64,000 bases of DNA from Myxococcota bacterium (lineage in GTDB: Bacteria; Myxococcota_A; UBA9160; SZUA-336): the NCBI GenBank assembly GCA_965247115.1, contig CBDFGR010000003.1, positions 1,024,001 to 1,088,000 on the forward strand. The letters run 5' to 3'. The notes under the pieces were generated by a model. That model did no database searches. It was given only the letters and a program-made list of their open reading frames with translations, and was not told the origin of the DNA. Below are positions 44,468-56,400 of this stretch, in pieces. The first letter of the stretch is position 1. Each line of letters opens with the position of its first letter. A program made the translations under genes and the position numbers.

Positions 44468-46025
44468 TCAGCGTCCTGCTGCGACCGCGAGCGGGTCCGT
44501 ACCGATCTGCCGGTTCCGGAGCAGCAGTCCGGGCGTTGCGCCGGTGCACTTGCCGTCCTCGAATGTGATTTCGCCGTTAACGAGTGTGTACCGGTAGCCC
44601 TCGGAGTACTGGACCAGCCGCCATTCATTGGCGGGGACGTCGTGGGCGGCCTCGTAGTTCGACTCCGGCGTCAGCTTCAGGTTCTCGAGGTCGTAGACCA
44701 CGATGTCCGCGGGAGCGCCCTCGCGCAGGAAGCCGCGATCCAGGAGGCCCGCCGCCTGCGCCGGCAGGTAGCTCAGGTGGTAGTGGGCCTCCTCGAGGCT
44801 CAGCTGCTTGGTGTCGCGCACCAGCCAGATCAGGAAGTCGGTGGTGAACGAACCGGCCGTGATGAACTTGGTGTGGGCACCACCGTCCGAGGCCCCGGCG
44901 AGTGTGTACTGATCGCGCATGACCTCGCCGACCTTCGCGGGGTCGGAGGCGAGCGTCACCCCGCCACGGAAGACGACCTTGAGGTCGCCAGCGACCGACA
45001 GGTCCAGCATCGCGTCGACCACGTGCTTGCCCTCGGCCTCTGCGATCTCGCTGACCTTCATCCCGATGTACTTCTCGAGCTCGGGGTGGCCCGGGGTCTC
45101 GAGAACACTCAGGTGGGCGGGTCGCGTCTGCTCGCCGATCGACTCGAGCATCGGCTCTTCTTCCCTCAGCTCTACACGCAGCAGCTCCGGGTCGGAGAGA
45201 TTCGCGAGCTTCTCCTCGACGATGCCGAGGGTCGCGTGGTTCCAGGCCGGGCTGCTGTCGTACAGGTTCCAGTGGTCCATCGAGAACCTGAACCACCCCC
45301 GCACCATGACGCCCTGCGCGTACATGCGCAGGCCCTCCTCGTTGCATTTGTGCACCCAGGCGAGCTCCCTTTTGTGGAACTTCGGTTGATCTTCGATCGC
45401 GGCGATCGCGTTGTGCAGGATCGGGAGGCACGCCCTGCGAGCCGCTCCAGGAAGTCGTGGTCCTCATTCCTGAGGGCGTCGCCGGAGCGAACCGCATCTC
45501 CGCTCGCGGCCTGGGTGATCTGGATGAAGCCCTCGTCCCGCTCGCGCAGCACGTCGGCCAGAACCAGGATGTCCTCGTCGACCATCTGGTCGGTGGGCAT
45601 CGGCGTGCCGTCGTAGTCGGCCTGGAGCGAGTGCTCGCCGAGGCGCTGAATCGAGAAGCCGCACGCGCCGGCGTCGATCGCCTCGTTCAGAAGCCGCTGC
45701 ATCTCCAGCTGCTCCGCCTTGGTGGCCGGACGGCTCTTCGCCGCCTCGAGCCCCATCACGTACACCATGAGGGATGACACCGGAACGAAGCTCACCACGT
45801 TCACGCCCTTGGGGCGCCTGCAGTGCGTCGAGCCACTCCGGGAAGCTCTCCCATCGCCACGGCATCCCGCTTTCATCGACCCGTATGGGATCTGCTCCGT
45901 GCGGGTCATCATGAGGAGCGCGCGGTCGCGGTCTTCCGGCTTACAGGGTGCGAAGCCGCAGTTTCCCAGGACGACCGTGGTGACGCCGTGCCAACCGGAG
46001 ATCGTGCAGTAAGGATCCCAGTGGA
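44468..46025 (-). pseudogene. N-acyl-D-amino-acid deacylase family, 5' truncated with several frameshifts
   Basis: WDPYCTISGWHGVTTVVLGNCGF, SDGGAH, DRGFLREGAPADIVVYD, TLVNG. Confidence 0.85.
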
Positions 46026-46159
46026 TTTATTCAAAGCCGGTACCTCAAAGCGAGCAACTTCAAGGTCAACTTTCTACCGAGAATGTGCTTTTACAAGTTC
46101 CTCTACGTCTGGCTCGATTTTCCTGGCGCGATGGCAAATCGCCGAATCTAGGCTGGATG

Positions 46160-46482
46160 TATTGGCTCCTCAAGGGCGAGAGCTACCGGCTCAAGGATCG
46201 CGATCTGGGCGTCCCGGCGCTCCGCCGCGTGCGCGGGGCCGAAAAGCGGCTGCCGAGGATGCGCTGTGAGGCGAGATCTCGGTCGGGCCCGAGTGCTACC
46301 CCTCGGGGAAGAAGGTCCTCCGGAGCCTCGCTTCGCTCGGGTCGGACGCCTTCGTGCCCGAGGCTCGCTGCTCTGAGATCAAAGATCAAGGGAGAAAGAA
46401 GGAGAACAGGATGTCCGGCGTCGGTCCCAAGGGGGGGGCAATTTTCAAACGTTGGAAAGGGGTCAGTTTTCGAGCGTTGACA
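46160..46482 (+). mobile_element. IS21-family right end (IstB C-terminus plus IR)
   Basis: LKGESYRLKD; ggggtcagttttcgagcgttgaca terminus with internal repeat. Confidence 0.8.
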
Positions 46483-46528
46483 AAAACGTCAATAGCAGGT
46501 AGCAGACAGAACAGAAGGAGGAGAATCG

Positions 46529-47470
46529 ATGGACATCGCTGATTACCAGACATCACCCTACGTAGACCCACTTGTCAAAGAGCTGGAAGAGTATGGCTTG
46601 ATGAAGCATGTCGTTGAGCTGGAAGCCTACGGTCTGACGGTGGTTCCGCCTGAAAAGATGGCCGTTGCGGACGATTTTGCCGACCGGCTGCGCGAAGCGA
46701 TCATCCGGACCTGCGAGAAACGCAACGGCATCAAGATCCGCGAGTACAAGGAAGCCAATCCCGCAGTAGAAAGCGGGACGGGCGTGGAGTCGGCCGCGGA
46801 GGAGGAGGTAACGGGGCCGGGAGAGATGGGCAAGAATTCCTGGTTTCTGATGGAAGAAGACGAGGTCTTCGTCGAAGCCGCGACCAACCCCAGAGTGCTC
46901 GCGCTCGTGCATTGGCTATGCGGTCAAAGTGCCACGCTCACAGGCCATACGTGGATCATGAAGCCGCAAGGCAGCGCAGGCGTCTTTCTGCATAGCGATG
47001 CCCACGGCATCCCGCCGGGCGGAGGTCACATTGCCCATGTGTGTAATGCATCCTGGCTTTGCACGGATTATGCGGGTGAGGAAGATGGCCCCTCGGTGTT
47101 TGTCCCTGGCAGCCATCGCTTTGGGCGCGCAACCCTACCGCACGAACAGAATCTTGAAACGACGCCGTTCAAGTGGGTGCCTTTGATCGGCAAAGCAGGG
47201 TCGTTAGCCATTTGGCACGGTTCCACCTGGCATGCTTCGGTCGCGCGCACCAAGCCGGGTTTGCGGGTGACGCTCGTGCAAGTCTTCATGCGCCGTCATA
47301 TGCGCCCGATTCACTTGTGGGAGGGCGAGATTTCACCCCAGCTGCTGGCCAAGCATCCGGCGTTACAGGATGTACTCGGACTCGGTGAACATCTGTATCC
47401 CTACAAAGAATCAAATGATCACACGCGAGTGGCACCGCTCATGTTGACGGGTACGGACCCGTTTGCTTAA
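46529..47470 (+). CDS. Phytanoyl-CoA dioxygenase (PhyH) family Fe(II)/2OG oxygenase
   Basis: LHSD, VPGSH, GSLAIWHGSTWH...R. Confidence 0.9.
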   Translation: MDIADYQTSPYVDPLVKELEEYGLMKHVVELEAYGLTVVPPEKMAVADDFADRLREAIIRTCEKRNGIKIREYKEANPAVESGTGVESAAEEEVTGPGEMGKNSWFLMEEDEVFVEAATNPRVLALVHWLCGQSATLTGHTWIMKPQGSAGVFLHSDAHGIPPGGGHIAHVCNASWLCTDYAGEEDGPSVFVPGSHRFGRATLPHEQNLETTPFKWVPLIGKAGSLAIWHGSTWHASVARTKPGLRVTLVQVFMRRHMRPIHLWEGEISPQLLAKHPALQDVLGLGEHLYPYKESNDHTRVAPLMLTGTDPFA

Positions 47471-47507
47471 CGCCGGGACTCTTAACGAAGACCAGGGAAG
47501 CTTACTA

Positions 47508-47918
47508 ATGAGCGATAGGAAAGTGGCCTTTGCCCGTGCGGACTGGATTGACGAGGCAAAGTCTGTGCTCGAGGATCTGGTGGCTAAGCATGACGAAGCC
47601 GGCAAACGTTTCAGCGTATGTGAAGTATTCAGTGGCGCGCCGCAGGATATTGCGCCGTCCGGGACGGCCGCCTGGCATTTCTACATAGACGGTAAATCAG
47701 TAACAGCGGGTGCCGGAGAAGTCGACGATGCGGATGTGACCATTCGCGCTGACTACGAAGAGACGCTCCCCGCAGCGCGCCTCGTGTTAACACCCGAAGT
47801 GCTCGCGGAGCGAGCGGCGAACCCACCGGAATCGGCAGCGACGATGGAAGGCGACATGAGCCAGGCACCGCCCTATCTAATAGAATTGCACAACCGACTG
47901 GCTTTGATCACGGCATAG
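47508..47918 (+). CDS. SCP2-like hypothetical protein
   Basis: AWHFYIDG...GEVDDADVTIRADY; follows PhyH. Confidence 0.6.
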   Translation: MSDRKVAFARADWIDEAKSVLEDLVAKHDEAGKRFSVCEVFSGAPQDIAPSGTAAWHFYIDGKSVTAGAGEVDDADVTIRADYEETLPAARLVLTPEVLAERAANPPESAATMEGDMSQAPPYLIELHNRLALITA

Positions 47919-48029
47919 ATTAATTTGGCGCCTGATGCGATCTCGCCGGAGCTTGCGCCGGTTATCGCAGAACGGCCGCTGGGATCCGCGCCTCGCGCAT
48001 CTCTCTACCCCCGATCAAGCCTGTAGCAT

Positions 48030-48782
48030 CGGATTACCCCGCATTGCCCAGATGACCTTGTGATTTGACGACAGCGGACCCGGATTCTGGCATGAGAATC
48101 ATTACGCATAGGCGGATTGGGGGTGTTGATATGGCTCACCCGATGGGTGAATCGAAAGAGGGGGTTCTGAGGCTGGATCTTGACCGTCGACTCAAGCTGG
48201 AGTTCCACGGTTCCAAGGTCACTTCCGACGCTGGGTTGTTGCCGTACCGGGAGCTGGATGATGCGGTCGGACTGACCGAGATTGCCGGGGACGTACTCAC
48301 GGACACCCGTCGTGGGAGGAACGATCAGCCACGGTCTTGTCGGGCAGTTCCGCCAGTCCGTTTTCGGACGCCTTGGCGGGTACGACGACGTGAACGATGC
48401 CGACCGACTCAGCCTCGACCCGGTCATGCGCTGGATCGTCGGCGGCCATGCTGTCACGAAACAGGCTGCCTCGACCAGTCAGATGGGGCGCTTCGAGACG
48501 GAGGTTCTGGCCACTGAGGAAAACCTCGCCGCGCTTCCCGATCTTTCCGGGCAATGGATCGACAGTGTGCATGACCGTCGCCCACCGACGAGGATCATCC
48601 TCGACATGGATAGCAGCGTCAGCCCGACCCATGGCGAGCAGGAGGGATCGGCCTACAACGGTCACTTCGGCTGCACCTGCTACCACCCCCTATTCCTGTT
48701 CAACCAGTTCGGTGACCTTGAGCGGTGTTCCCTGCGCCCCGGCAACGTTCACAGTGCCGATGACTGGGAAGGCGTGTTGAAC
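48030..48782 (+). mobile_element. IS1380-family left part (IR plus frameshifted 5' transposase)
   Basis: LEFHGSKVTSDAGLL, ILDMDSSVSPTHGEQEG, LRPGNVHSA. Confidence 0.9.
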
Positions 48783-48893
48783 CCGAAAGTCCGAATCCCC
48801 GACGCACCGTCATCTGCGCGATGGCGCGCACGCCCGACCAGTCCAGACCGATCACGCCGCCCATCGGCCCGGCAAGTGAATATGATGGACCCA

Positions 48894-49327
48894 AACGGCC
48901 ATCGGTGGCCACTGTAGTGCAAACGGAACACCCACTGGGAAGCCGTTGGCGCAAACGCTCCCCCCGGAAATCGAGAGACGAGACCGGACCCGAAAATGCT
49001 GCTCTTTCCGCGCCTCCCGGGCGTCTCGTGTTGCACCCGACTCCGGCAAAGCCCCGGAAACTAGGGAGAAAACCTGGCCTCGTCTCCTCCCTGTCGAGAT
49101 TGGGCAGTCTGCTTGGCGGTGGACGCAGGCCGGAGCAAACTGGTCTCGTCCCCTCGATGCGGCTATTGCCCCTCGTCGGCCGCCCAGAGAACTCGCGAGA
49201 GTTCGTGGGAGTTCGTGGGAGTTCGTGGGAGTTGGGAGCCCTCGGGGAACCCTCGCTTGACTTTGCGCCGGGGGTGCGGTTGGTCCTGGGCGGGAGACTG
49301 AGTCAGACCGAAAGGTCGTCAGCCCAA
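48894..49327 (+). repeat. 434-bp non-coding repeat, copy 2 (contains gagttcgtgg x3 at 49199-49228)
   Basis: Homologous to 30565-30998. Confidence 0.9.
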
Positions 49328-49597
49328 GCCGGACGAATGTTCCGCGGGGGAGGTTGCGGTCCCCCAGGCTCCTCCCGCCACGATCAGCTGCTCGCGGAGT
49401 CGCACACCATCAGCCCGAGCCGTACCGCCCTCTTGCGCCTGACCGGGACGCTCTATCGTGCGCTCGAGCCCCGGCTCGCCCGTGAACTCGCCTCGCTCTG
49501 GGCGCTGGTACACGCGCCTGGTCTCACCGCGCGGCAGGCCGACCGCGCCATCGCTTGGGTTACTGCTCGGAGCCAACGCGGGCGTTAGGGAGCGACT

Positions 49598-49790
49598 ATG
49601 GCAGCTGATTTTGTGTAGGACGTCGAACACCTCTCGCAGCTAGATTTGGTCGAGTACGAACTGGTGCGCAAGGCCGAGGCAAGGCGCATGGGCGTGCGTG
49701 TCGGGGTGCTCGACAAAGAGGTCGAGGCTGCACGCCGTCGCCTCGCAGGAGTTGATGAGACTAAATCGGACGACGACGGGAATGGGAAGG
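49598..49790 (+). pseudogene. Phage/satellite primase-helicase-associated N-terminal scrap
   Basis: MAADFV*DVEHLSQLDLVEYELVRKAEARRMGVRVGVLDKEV, with internal stop. Confidence 0.5.
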
Positions 49791-49812
49791 CCGAGTCCCA
49801 GCGAGGCCGAAT

Positions 49813-50382
49813 GTGCGTGGGGGGCGGACGCCCGAGTCGCTATCGCGGGAGTTCGAGCCAACGGCGCAGTCGATCTGGAACTGGATCCGCCAGGCCGAGC
49901 GGGATACAGGCACCCTCACGGACGGGCTGACGACGGAGGAGAAGGAGGAGCTGCGCCGGCTGCGGCGTGAGAATCGGGTTCTCCGCGAGGAGAAGGAGAT
50001 CCTGAAAGAAGCCGCGGCCTGGTTCGCTCAGGAGACCGGCTCTACGCCCCGCGGGCGTTCGAGTTCGTGAGCAACCACCGGGCCACGCTCGAGTGCGAGC
50101 TGCTCGATCGCGTCCGCTTCCGCAGCCAGAGCGAGGCACGGATCGCGATCTTCGACTTCATCGAGGGCTTCTACAATCCTCGACGGAGACACTCGGCACT
50201 CGGCTATCTCTCGCCGATCGAGTTCGAGCGTGCGCAGGCAGCCTGAGCCGGGCTTCGCCCGGGTCGACCCCCTGCGGGGCCGAGTCTCGGAACAACTTCA
50301 GGAAGAAATCAGAGACAATCAATCAGGAGCGCTCGGGGAAGATCTCAAGCGCTCAGGTGTCCATCGAAACGGGGCAGCTCCA
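49813..50382 (+). mobile_element. IS3-family element with large internal deletion
   Basis: OrfA EELRRLRRENRVLREEKEILK, OrfB end FDFIEGFYNPRRRHSALGYLSP, IR tgtccatcgaaacggggcagctcca. Confidence 0.88.
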
Positions 50383-50619
50383 CTCTTGGGATGTCGCGCA
50401 TCACGCGATTGATGAATTCCGCGAACACCGAAATGTTGCTGATGTAGTGACCCGCCACTGTATCGACCACGTCCGTGGTCGGCTCCAAGATCTCGGAGCG
50501 GCGGGCCTGCCGGGTGCTCGGGCAACATCGCTCGACCTAGCGCCATACGAGATACTCCGCGCCATGCTCTCCGCCGCGCGCCAATAGCGCAAGCTTGGGG
50601 AGCACGTCCCCGACGCCTG

Positions 50620-51737
50620 TACTCGGAAGCATTGAATCCATCTAAGAAATTTATCGGCATCGACCTCTTCAATCCGCTTGGCAATGGAAACAACGGACCC
50701 GCTGTTCTCCCACTCGTTCCATTTGTTTTGTATGGCACCGCGCGCGTTCGAGACGAGACCGTCGGGATTCGGGTGAATGACCAGGAAGCGTCGGCCGTGC
50801 TTTTCGTAGTACCACTCGATTACCTCCGAGTTGATCCCCTTATCTCCGAAGCTGTACCCGCAGACGACTAACTGATCGGCTTCTCGCACGGTCGACCGTC
50901 GAGAGGTACCTGCGAAACTCCGGCAACCGTTTTCGTATGCCAAAAGTCACCATCGAGCGGAATGCCGATCCTGTCATCGTACCAAGTCTGGGAAGCGTCT
51001 GGTCTCAGGCGAAACCAGTCGACGGAACCGTGAAGTTTCAGAAATGGAATCTTGTCGTCCGAAGCAAGGTCGCCGATCCAATACCGGACACCGGCTTCTT
51101 CGCTAGAGAACCCATCGGCAAGGGATATCCCTTGTGTTCTTAGATGGGTCTCCACATGGGTATCGCGACACAGCGTCACAATGCCGGCGACAGTTTGGGT
51201 CCGGCAAGCCTCCACGAGGATCTTCAAGTGATCAGTAGACGTTGCCTTGGGGCAAAGATTTCTCCAAACGAGATCTGAAATGTGATTGCACGTCTCGTCG
51301 AGCAGATAATTGAAATCGTCCGGGATATTTGGACAGTATGGTACGTTCGGATCTTCGTTTTCTGCGTTTGCAGCTTCGATCAATGGCGACATGTCAGCTC
51401 TTAGTTCATCAACATACGAGCGGATAGCGGGGTTCTCCATCTCGCCCAGTTCTTCGTCCGATGCTTGCTTGGCGAGGTAGAATAGGTCCTCGTAGTTGGC
51501 CGGCCTCTCGCCGTGTGCCGAAACATAGCGTTCGGCCTCCGCATGAAGTCGTCGCGCCACGCCGTTGGCGAGCCGCACGGCGCCCCCCGTCGGTGCCTCG
51601 CTTTCGATGAGGCAATATGTTCCGTCCGAGTGTCTCTCAACACGGGTGCCTGTCAGTACCCGATGGGTCAGACATCGGGTAGAAGGAAATCCGGCCGGTA
51701 GCGACGAACCGGCGCCCAACAGGATTGCGGTTTTCAT
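50620..51737 (-). pseudogene. SIR2-like (SIR2_2) protein, frameshifted
   Basis: LLGAGSS.PAG.P, FLKLHGSVDW, VCGYSFGD..IN; frame break near 50900; lower GC. Confidence 0.85.
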
Positions 51738-51739
51738 GG

Positions 51740-52195
51740 GCTGCGCTTCCTGTTCCCGCTCAGCCGGCAGTCGCGTGCGGCTCGACCTTGATGAGCGATT
51801 CCGGCTCTATCTGCGATGTGTCGTTGCGAAGGCAACAGTTCCCCGGCTTCCCTTGTCTCCAGATAGACGTTGCAGACTTGCGGCAACATCACGGCGGGAT
51901 ATCCAAAGCTAATGCCCCCGGTAGGCCTTTGAAACGGTATTGGGGTTGTCGACGCGATCAACTTGTTGGAAATAATGGGCTTTAGGTTCTTTGAAGCCAA
52001 AAGGCCCGGGGGGGGGTGTCGACACCCCCCGGTTCCCGCCTTGGGAGTGCGTCACCGGACTATCGCTTTCAAGAACCCGCCTTGGCTCAATACCCGTGTC
52101 TCATCCTCCAGCACATAGCAGGGAATTTCGATGTCGCCGATAACCAGCGGTTTGTCGGGCGTGCCGGCGATAACCTTGAGCGGTGTCTTGCTCAT
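51740..52195 (-). pseudogene. P63C-domain protein, N-terminal fragment
   Basis: LVIGDIEIPCYVLEDETRVLSQ...GYPAVMLPQVCNVYLETR. Confidence 0.75.
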
Positions 52196-52350
52196 GTCTG
52201 TACCCTCAATCCCCGGTTAACGCTGCGCTCGAACGTCGACAGGGGATCGGGGCATGTCCCATTCGGTGTTAGATCTGCAAGAGCGGCGACTCCAAGTTTG
52301 AGTGATCTTACGCGGCTTCGTTCTCTGCGTGAAGCGATTCCTCATGTCGT

Positions 52351-52980
52351 CTAAGTGCGTCCACAAGCGTTGACATGTCTTTCATCCCCTTGACGCCGCC
52401 GGAATCCCTTGCGAGCGCCGAGGATGGCGACTCCGACCCAGTGGAGGATCATCTTCCCTCCCTGCCACCGCTTCACCCGGCGCGTGTACGACGCGATCTT
52501 GTCGTTCAGGCTCTCGATCGCGTTCGTGCTCCGAAGACTCTGAAGGAGCGTTCCCTTCACCTCGATGCGCAACAGGGTGAGGGTGTCCTCCAAGCCCTCG
52601 CAGAGGGAAGCGGCCTGGCACTGGGTCGCGGTAGCGTTCGGGGAGACTTACGAGGCGCTGGTCGCGGGACTGCAGGGGGCTCTGGGAGGTGTGCCCGAGG
52701 TGGCGCGCTCGGACAATCTCTCGGCGGCGACCCACGAGCTCAAGCGCAGCGGCGGCCGTGCGCTGACGGCGCGATTCGCCGCGGTGCTCGAGCCCTACGG
52801 ACTGCGCTCGACCCGCATCACGCCGGGGCGCGCGGACAGCGCAGACTTCGTCCGGTAGTGCGCCTGCTCGGCGACACCGTTCTCGTGCGTAGTACACCTC
52901 GACCCAATCGGCGTGCTGGCGCACCTCGACCTCGTCGAGCAGGCGCTGGTGCTGCGAGGGAGCCGCAATCCGTCGCTGTC
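52351..52980. mobile_element. Adjacent IS256 (-) and IS21 IstA (+) scraps
   Basis: LRSTNAIESLN..RRVKRW; GETYEALVAGLQGAL..GGVP..RSDNLSAA. Confidence 0.8.
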
Positions 52981-53444
52981 CGAATTTCTTGAACGAGCTT
53001 GTCGCCGCTCTCGCCCGCTGCGCCAGGGACGTCGGAAGTCTCATCATACTCCGAGCTCCGGTAGAAGTACTCCAACTCAAGACGAAACCGACCCAGCAGA
53101 CTATCCGGATATTTCTCGCTGAGGCGATACCCCATCGCCGCTCCGGCCAGAATACCCTCGGCGCTGTCGAACTTGTTCTTCCAGTCTCCAGTCGCACCGC
53201 GATTGGGGCCCGTGCAGTTGTAGTTCTCGTATCTCGGATTTTCTGTGACTGTGGCGAACCTTGGATTGATGAACTCGTCGCACATGCTGGCCCGGTCGTT
53301 GCTGCTTCCGGTGGTATCCACTGACGGAGCGAAGTTGGCTCCCAACTCGCTGCTCAGATACAAGCCCGAATCAGCCCGCGCCGGACTGCTGGAGAATAGA
53401 CATATCGCGATCACGCAAGGCAATAATGAGACAACGCATCTCAT
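52972..53444 (-). pseudogene. Opacity-type outer-membrane beta-barrel, N-terminal half
   Basis: Signal peptide, GLYLSSELG, GAAMGY, FRLELEYFYR. Confidence 0.7.
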
Positions 53445-53597
53445 CCTCTTTTCCTCCACACAGTGGACAGCGCCGAATAGGGACACGAGCTGCCTATCAA
53501 CGCGAACTCCTCTAGAGCACCTTCAAAGGGGGATTGATCTACTAGCACAAGCATTGTGAAACGCTGTGGGACGAATGGTATCAGAACCTCTGTCACT

Positions 53598-54300
53598 CTA
53601 TTCGGGTTCCTCTCTGGAACGGGTAAAAGACTCCGATTTGGACAGCCGTCCAGTATTGCCATACTCCGAACACTCGTATCTGTAGTCCAATACGATCCCC
53701 TCGTCTCCCAGCCCTGCCTTCGCCCTCATTGTTGCCATTTCTTGCATCAGATTGGCGAAGTTGGCATGAGGAACTTTGGCTCTGATATCCGAGTGCAACT
53801 TTGCCAACAGCGGGTCAAAGTTACTGAGCTCTTGTTTGAGCTTACTGGCAGCACCAACTGCGTCCGACCCAATCACGAATCGATCTGGGTATTGTCTTAT
53901 CATTCGGACCCACCGGTCCAGATCCTTGTATATGTAGTCGGCTAAGATAACCCACGACAGATCGATGGAAACTTGATCCTCCGAGTCTTTGAGGACCGCT
54001 TCTATCCAGAACGGGAGATTCTCAATGTTGATTCGTCTGCTGATGCCCGCATGGCACCAGATAAGCCGAGCTATGTAATATCGGTCACCATCTTTCCAGC
54101 GACAGTGACGAAACAGTCGAACCAGCTCGTCGAGATAGAGTGGTGCCTGGATTTCAGTCGGATTCCTCGAGATCGGCGCGATGTTGTGATGAATGCTCAT
54201 CGGAAGAAAGTGTTTCCCTGCGAACCGGCAGACACGGACGAGCGCCGGGTGGTCGGCCCTAGGTCTTTCCCCGAGAGTCAGATTCGTGAGATCATCATGA
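53598..54300 (-). pseudogene. Amidohydrolase/TIM-barrel-like C-terminal fragment
   Basis: IHHN, IWCHAG, IDLSW, YPDRFVIGSD. Confidence 0.6.
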
Positions 54301-54700
54301 CGCGACCGCTTGGTCAGTTGGTGACCGAGGTAGATAACCAGACACTTGCCGTCCGCGATCTGCGTTCGGAAGAGAGCGCCATCGTCGAAGAGTCCCAGTC
54401 CCGACCCTTTTGCCTCTGCCTCCTCGGACTTCGATCCGATCGGGACGACATTGCTAGCCGTCGCGGTCTTGTGTACGGTCAACGCCGGATCCGCGCTAGA
54501 TCCTCGTGGCGCCGTCTCTTCTTCGGGGCGACGCCGCCCCTCCTCCGGCTCATGCCTCAAGCCCCTCGCTGGAGCCAGCGGATGAGTTCTCGTTTCGGAC
54601 CTAGGCGGTGCCGTCCACGCCGCAGAAAACGTATCTGGCCGTCGGCCATCGCCTGGTAGAGCATCGACCTCGAGCACCCGCTGAACTCCACAACCCGCGC
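54300..54700 (-). pseudogene. Xis-like HTH plus truncated homologue of 5977-6600
   Basis: FSGCSRSMLYQAMADGQIRFLRRGRHRL; DDGALFRTQIADGK.LV.YLGHQLTKR shared with the 5977 ORF. Confidence 0.75.
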
Positions 54701-54766
54701 TCCTCGTCGGCAAGCAGCTCATCGACCTCGTCGAGGGACGTCGCCTCGAGGGAGCTACGCCACGAC

Positions 54767-55246
54767 TCAAGGGGAGTCATCGTCCTGCTCTGGCGGGAGC
54801 AGTGCGCGATCACGCAGTAGATTCACCACGTGATCTGCCGCTTCCGCGGACTGACGGATCTTCTTGAGACCGAGTGTCCCGGGGAGGCTCTCAGTTACAT
54901 CGCGGAACGCGTAGGACATGGCCATCACCCGCTCCCATTCATCGTTGGAGAGGAACTCGAGCCGCTGCTCCAGGGTCGGGAGTTCTCGCACCAAGTCGAG
55001 AGAGGTACTAGTCAGCCTCACAGCAATAGTCTGATGTGGCTTCGCATCCTCCAGCAGAGGGATGAGTCTTCGAAGGTCGGCTCTAGCGTTGCCGGCGACG
55101 CCGATCAGCCTGCGCCGCAACCTCATCGCGGCCCTCCGACGTTCGTTCCGGCGTTCGAAGATTGGCCAGACCGCTACTGCAGTGACGGCTAGCGTTGCGA
55201 GCGCGCGCCAGTCGATGCGCTCCATCACTACGATGAAATCGCTCAC
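54767..55246 (-). CDS. Single-TM hypothetical cargo protein
   Basis: WRALATLAVTAVAVW TM followed by a helical domain. Confidence 0.55.
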   Translation of the reverse strand: MSDFIVVMERIDWRALATLAVTAVAVWPIFERRNERRRAAMRLRRRLIGVAGNARADLRRLIPLLEDAKPHQTIAVRLTSTSLDLVRELPTLEQRLEFLSNDEWERVMAMSYAFRDVTESLPGTLGLKKIRQSAEAADHVVNLLRDRALLPPEQDDDSP

Positions 55247-55299
55247 GTGCTCGCTCCCTCGGCCGCCGGGTCCAGTTTGTCGATCTTCTTCTGGTCTAG

Positions 55300-55485
55300 G
55301 AATGGCTCGACGCCCGCGCGGTGCTGCTCCTGGAACAGGGCAGTCCGAACCGGCTTTGCATGGCTGAGCTGTAGCAGTTCTTACAGCCGGGCTGATCTTC
55401 ACGCAGCAGTGACCGACCTTCCCGCTGGAAGCGCGAGCACGGATCGGGCTGATGCTGCGGTCGGTCCACTGGATCAGCGTCGCGC
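55300..55485 (-). pseudogene. Phage Gp37/Gp68 (DUF5131) N-terminal scrap
   Basis: TLIQWTDRSISP...CVKISPGCKNCY. Confidence 0.75.
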
Positions 55486-55972
55486 TCAATGGATCTCCTC
55501 GTGCTCGATCCCGGTTTCCCTCATCTGAACAGCCAACGCAGGATCGTCCAGAGGCCCAGTACCCACGGCAGGCACCAGAGAATGGCGATCGCGACGACTC
55601 CCAATGCGATGACTCGGTAACTCCGGGGACGCGCCTGGCTCCTTTCGGATCCGCCCGCTCGATCCGATCTACGGCGTCAAACACGGCGTCGTCGAGGGTT
55701 GGCATCAGGGCTCCCTCATCTCGGGGACACGGATGGACATGGCAATGCCTCCCGCAGAAAGCGGGATGTGTCGCCGCCTCGACCCACGCGTTCGTTAGAT
55801 TCGTCCAGACCTAGACAAGGATCTCTTCGAAGCGGTCGAGGCTGTCGTCGAATCGAGCTTCTTCCAACGCGGTTGCGATCTGCTGGCGCATTGCCGGCGT
55901 CGCGATCGTGTGGAGATCCCCGATCAAGTTGTCGAAGCCCTCGAGAATGAGGGCCACTCGTTCCGACCTGGT

Positions 55973-56400
55973 CACGCGCTCAGCGTCTCCGCCCGAATCT
56001 CGCCGTCGTCCGCCTCCGCCGTGAGGATCACGGTTCCGAGGGCCTTCGCGTGGGCGGCGACCGCCTTTCGGTTTTCCGGATCCAGTCCCTCTCAGGCCTC
56101 CTGGCGCACGACCAGGAGTCCGGAAGCCCCCACGGCCGCGACCGCAATGTCGAGCGACTTCCGCCAGCGCTCGCCCTGGGAGATCTCGGCGAAGGGGATG
56201 AGGCCCCGACTGGTGCGGACCACGAGACGACCCTCTTGAATCGCCATGTCGTCACCGCAGACGCCGGCGACGGCCACCGTCACGACGGTCTCCGTGCCCT
56301 GCGCAGCAAGGCGCAGCTCGTCACCCTGCCGGCGGGCATCATCCGCCTGCTTGGCCAGGGTACTCGTACTCCTCGCGAAGGTTGGCCGAGCGCTCCTTCA
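55973..56400 (-). pseudogene. Phage SMC-like ATPase C-terminal fragment
   Basis: FAEISQGERW...LLVVRQEAWEGLDPENR...VILTA (ABC signature/Walker B-like). Confidence 0.5.

Noticed and set aside
49199..49236. CRISPR-like repeats
   Set aside because: 10-bp tandem units without spacers; no cas genes in the window.
52011..52030. 20-bp perfect palindrome ggggggtgtcgacacccccc as a regulatory site
   Set aside because: Lies within P63C coding sequence and is mostly homopolymer; probably coincidental.
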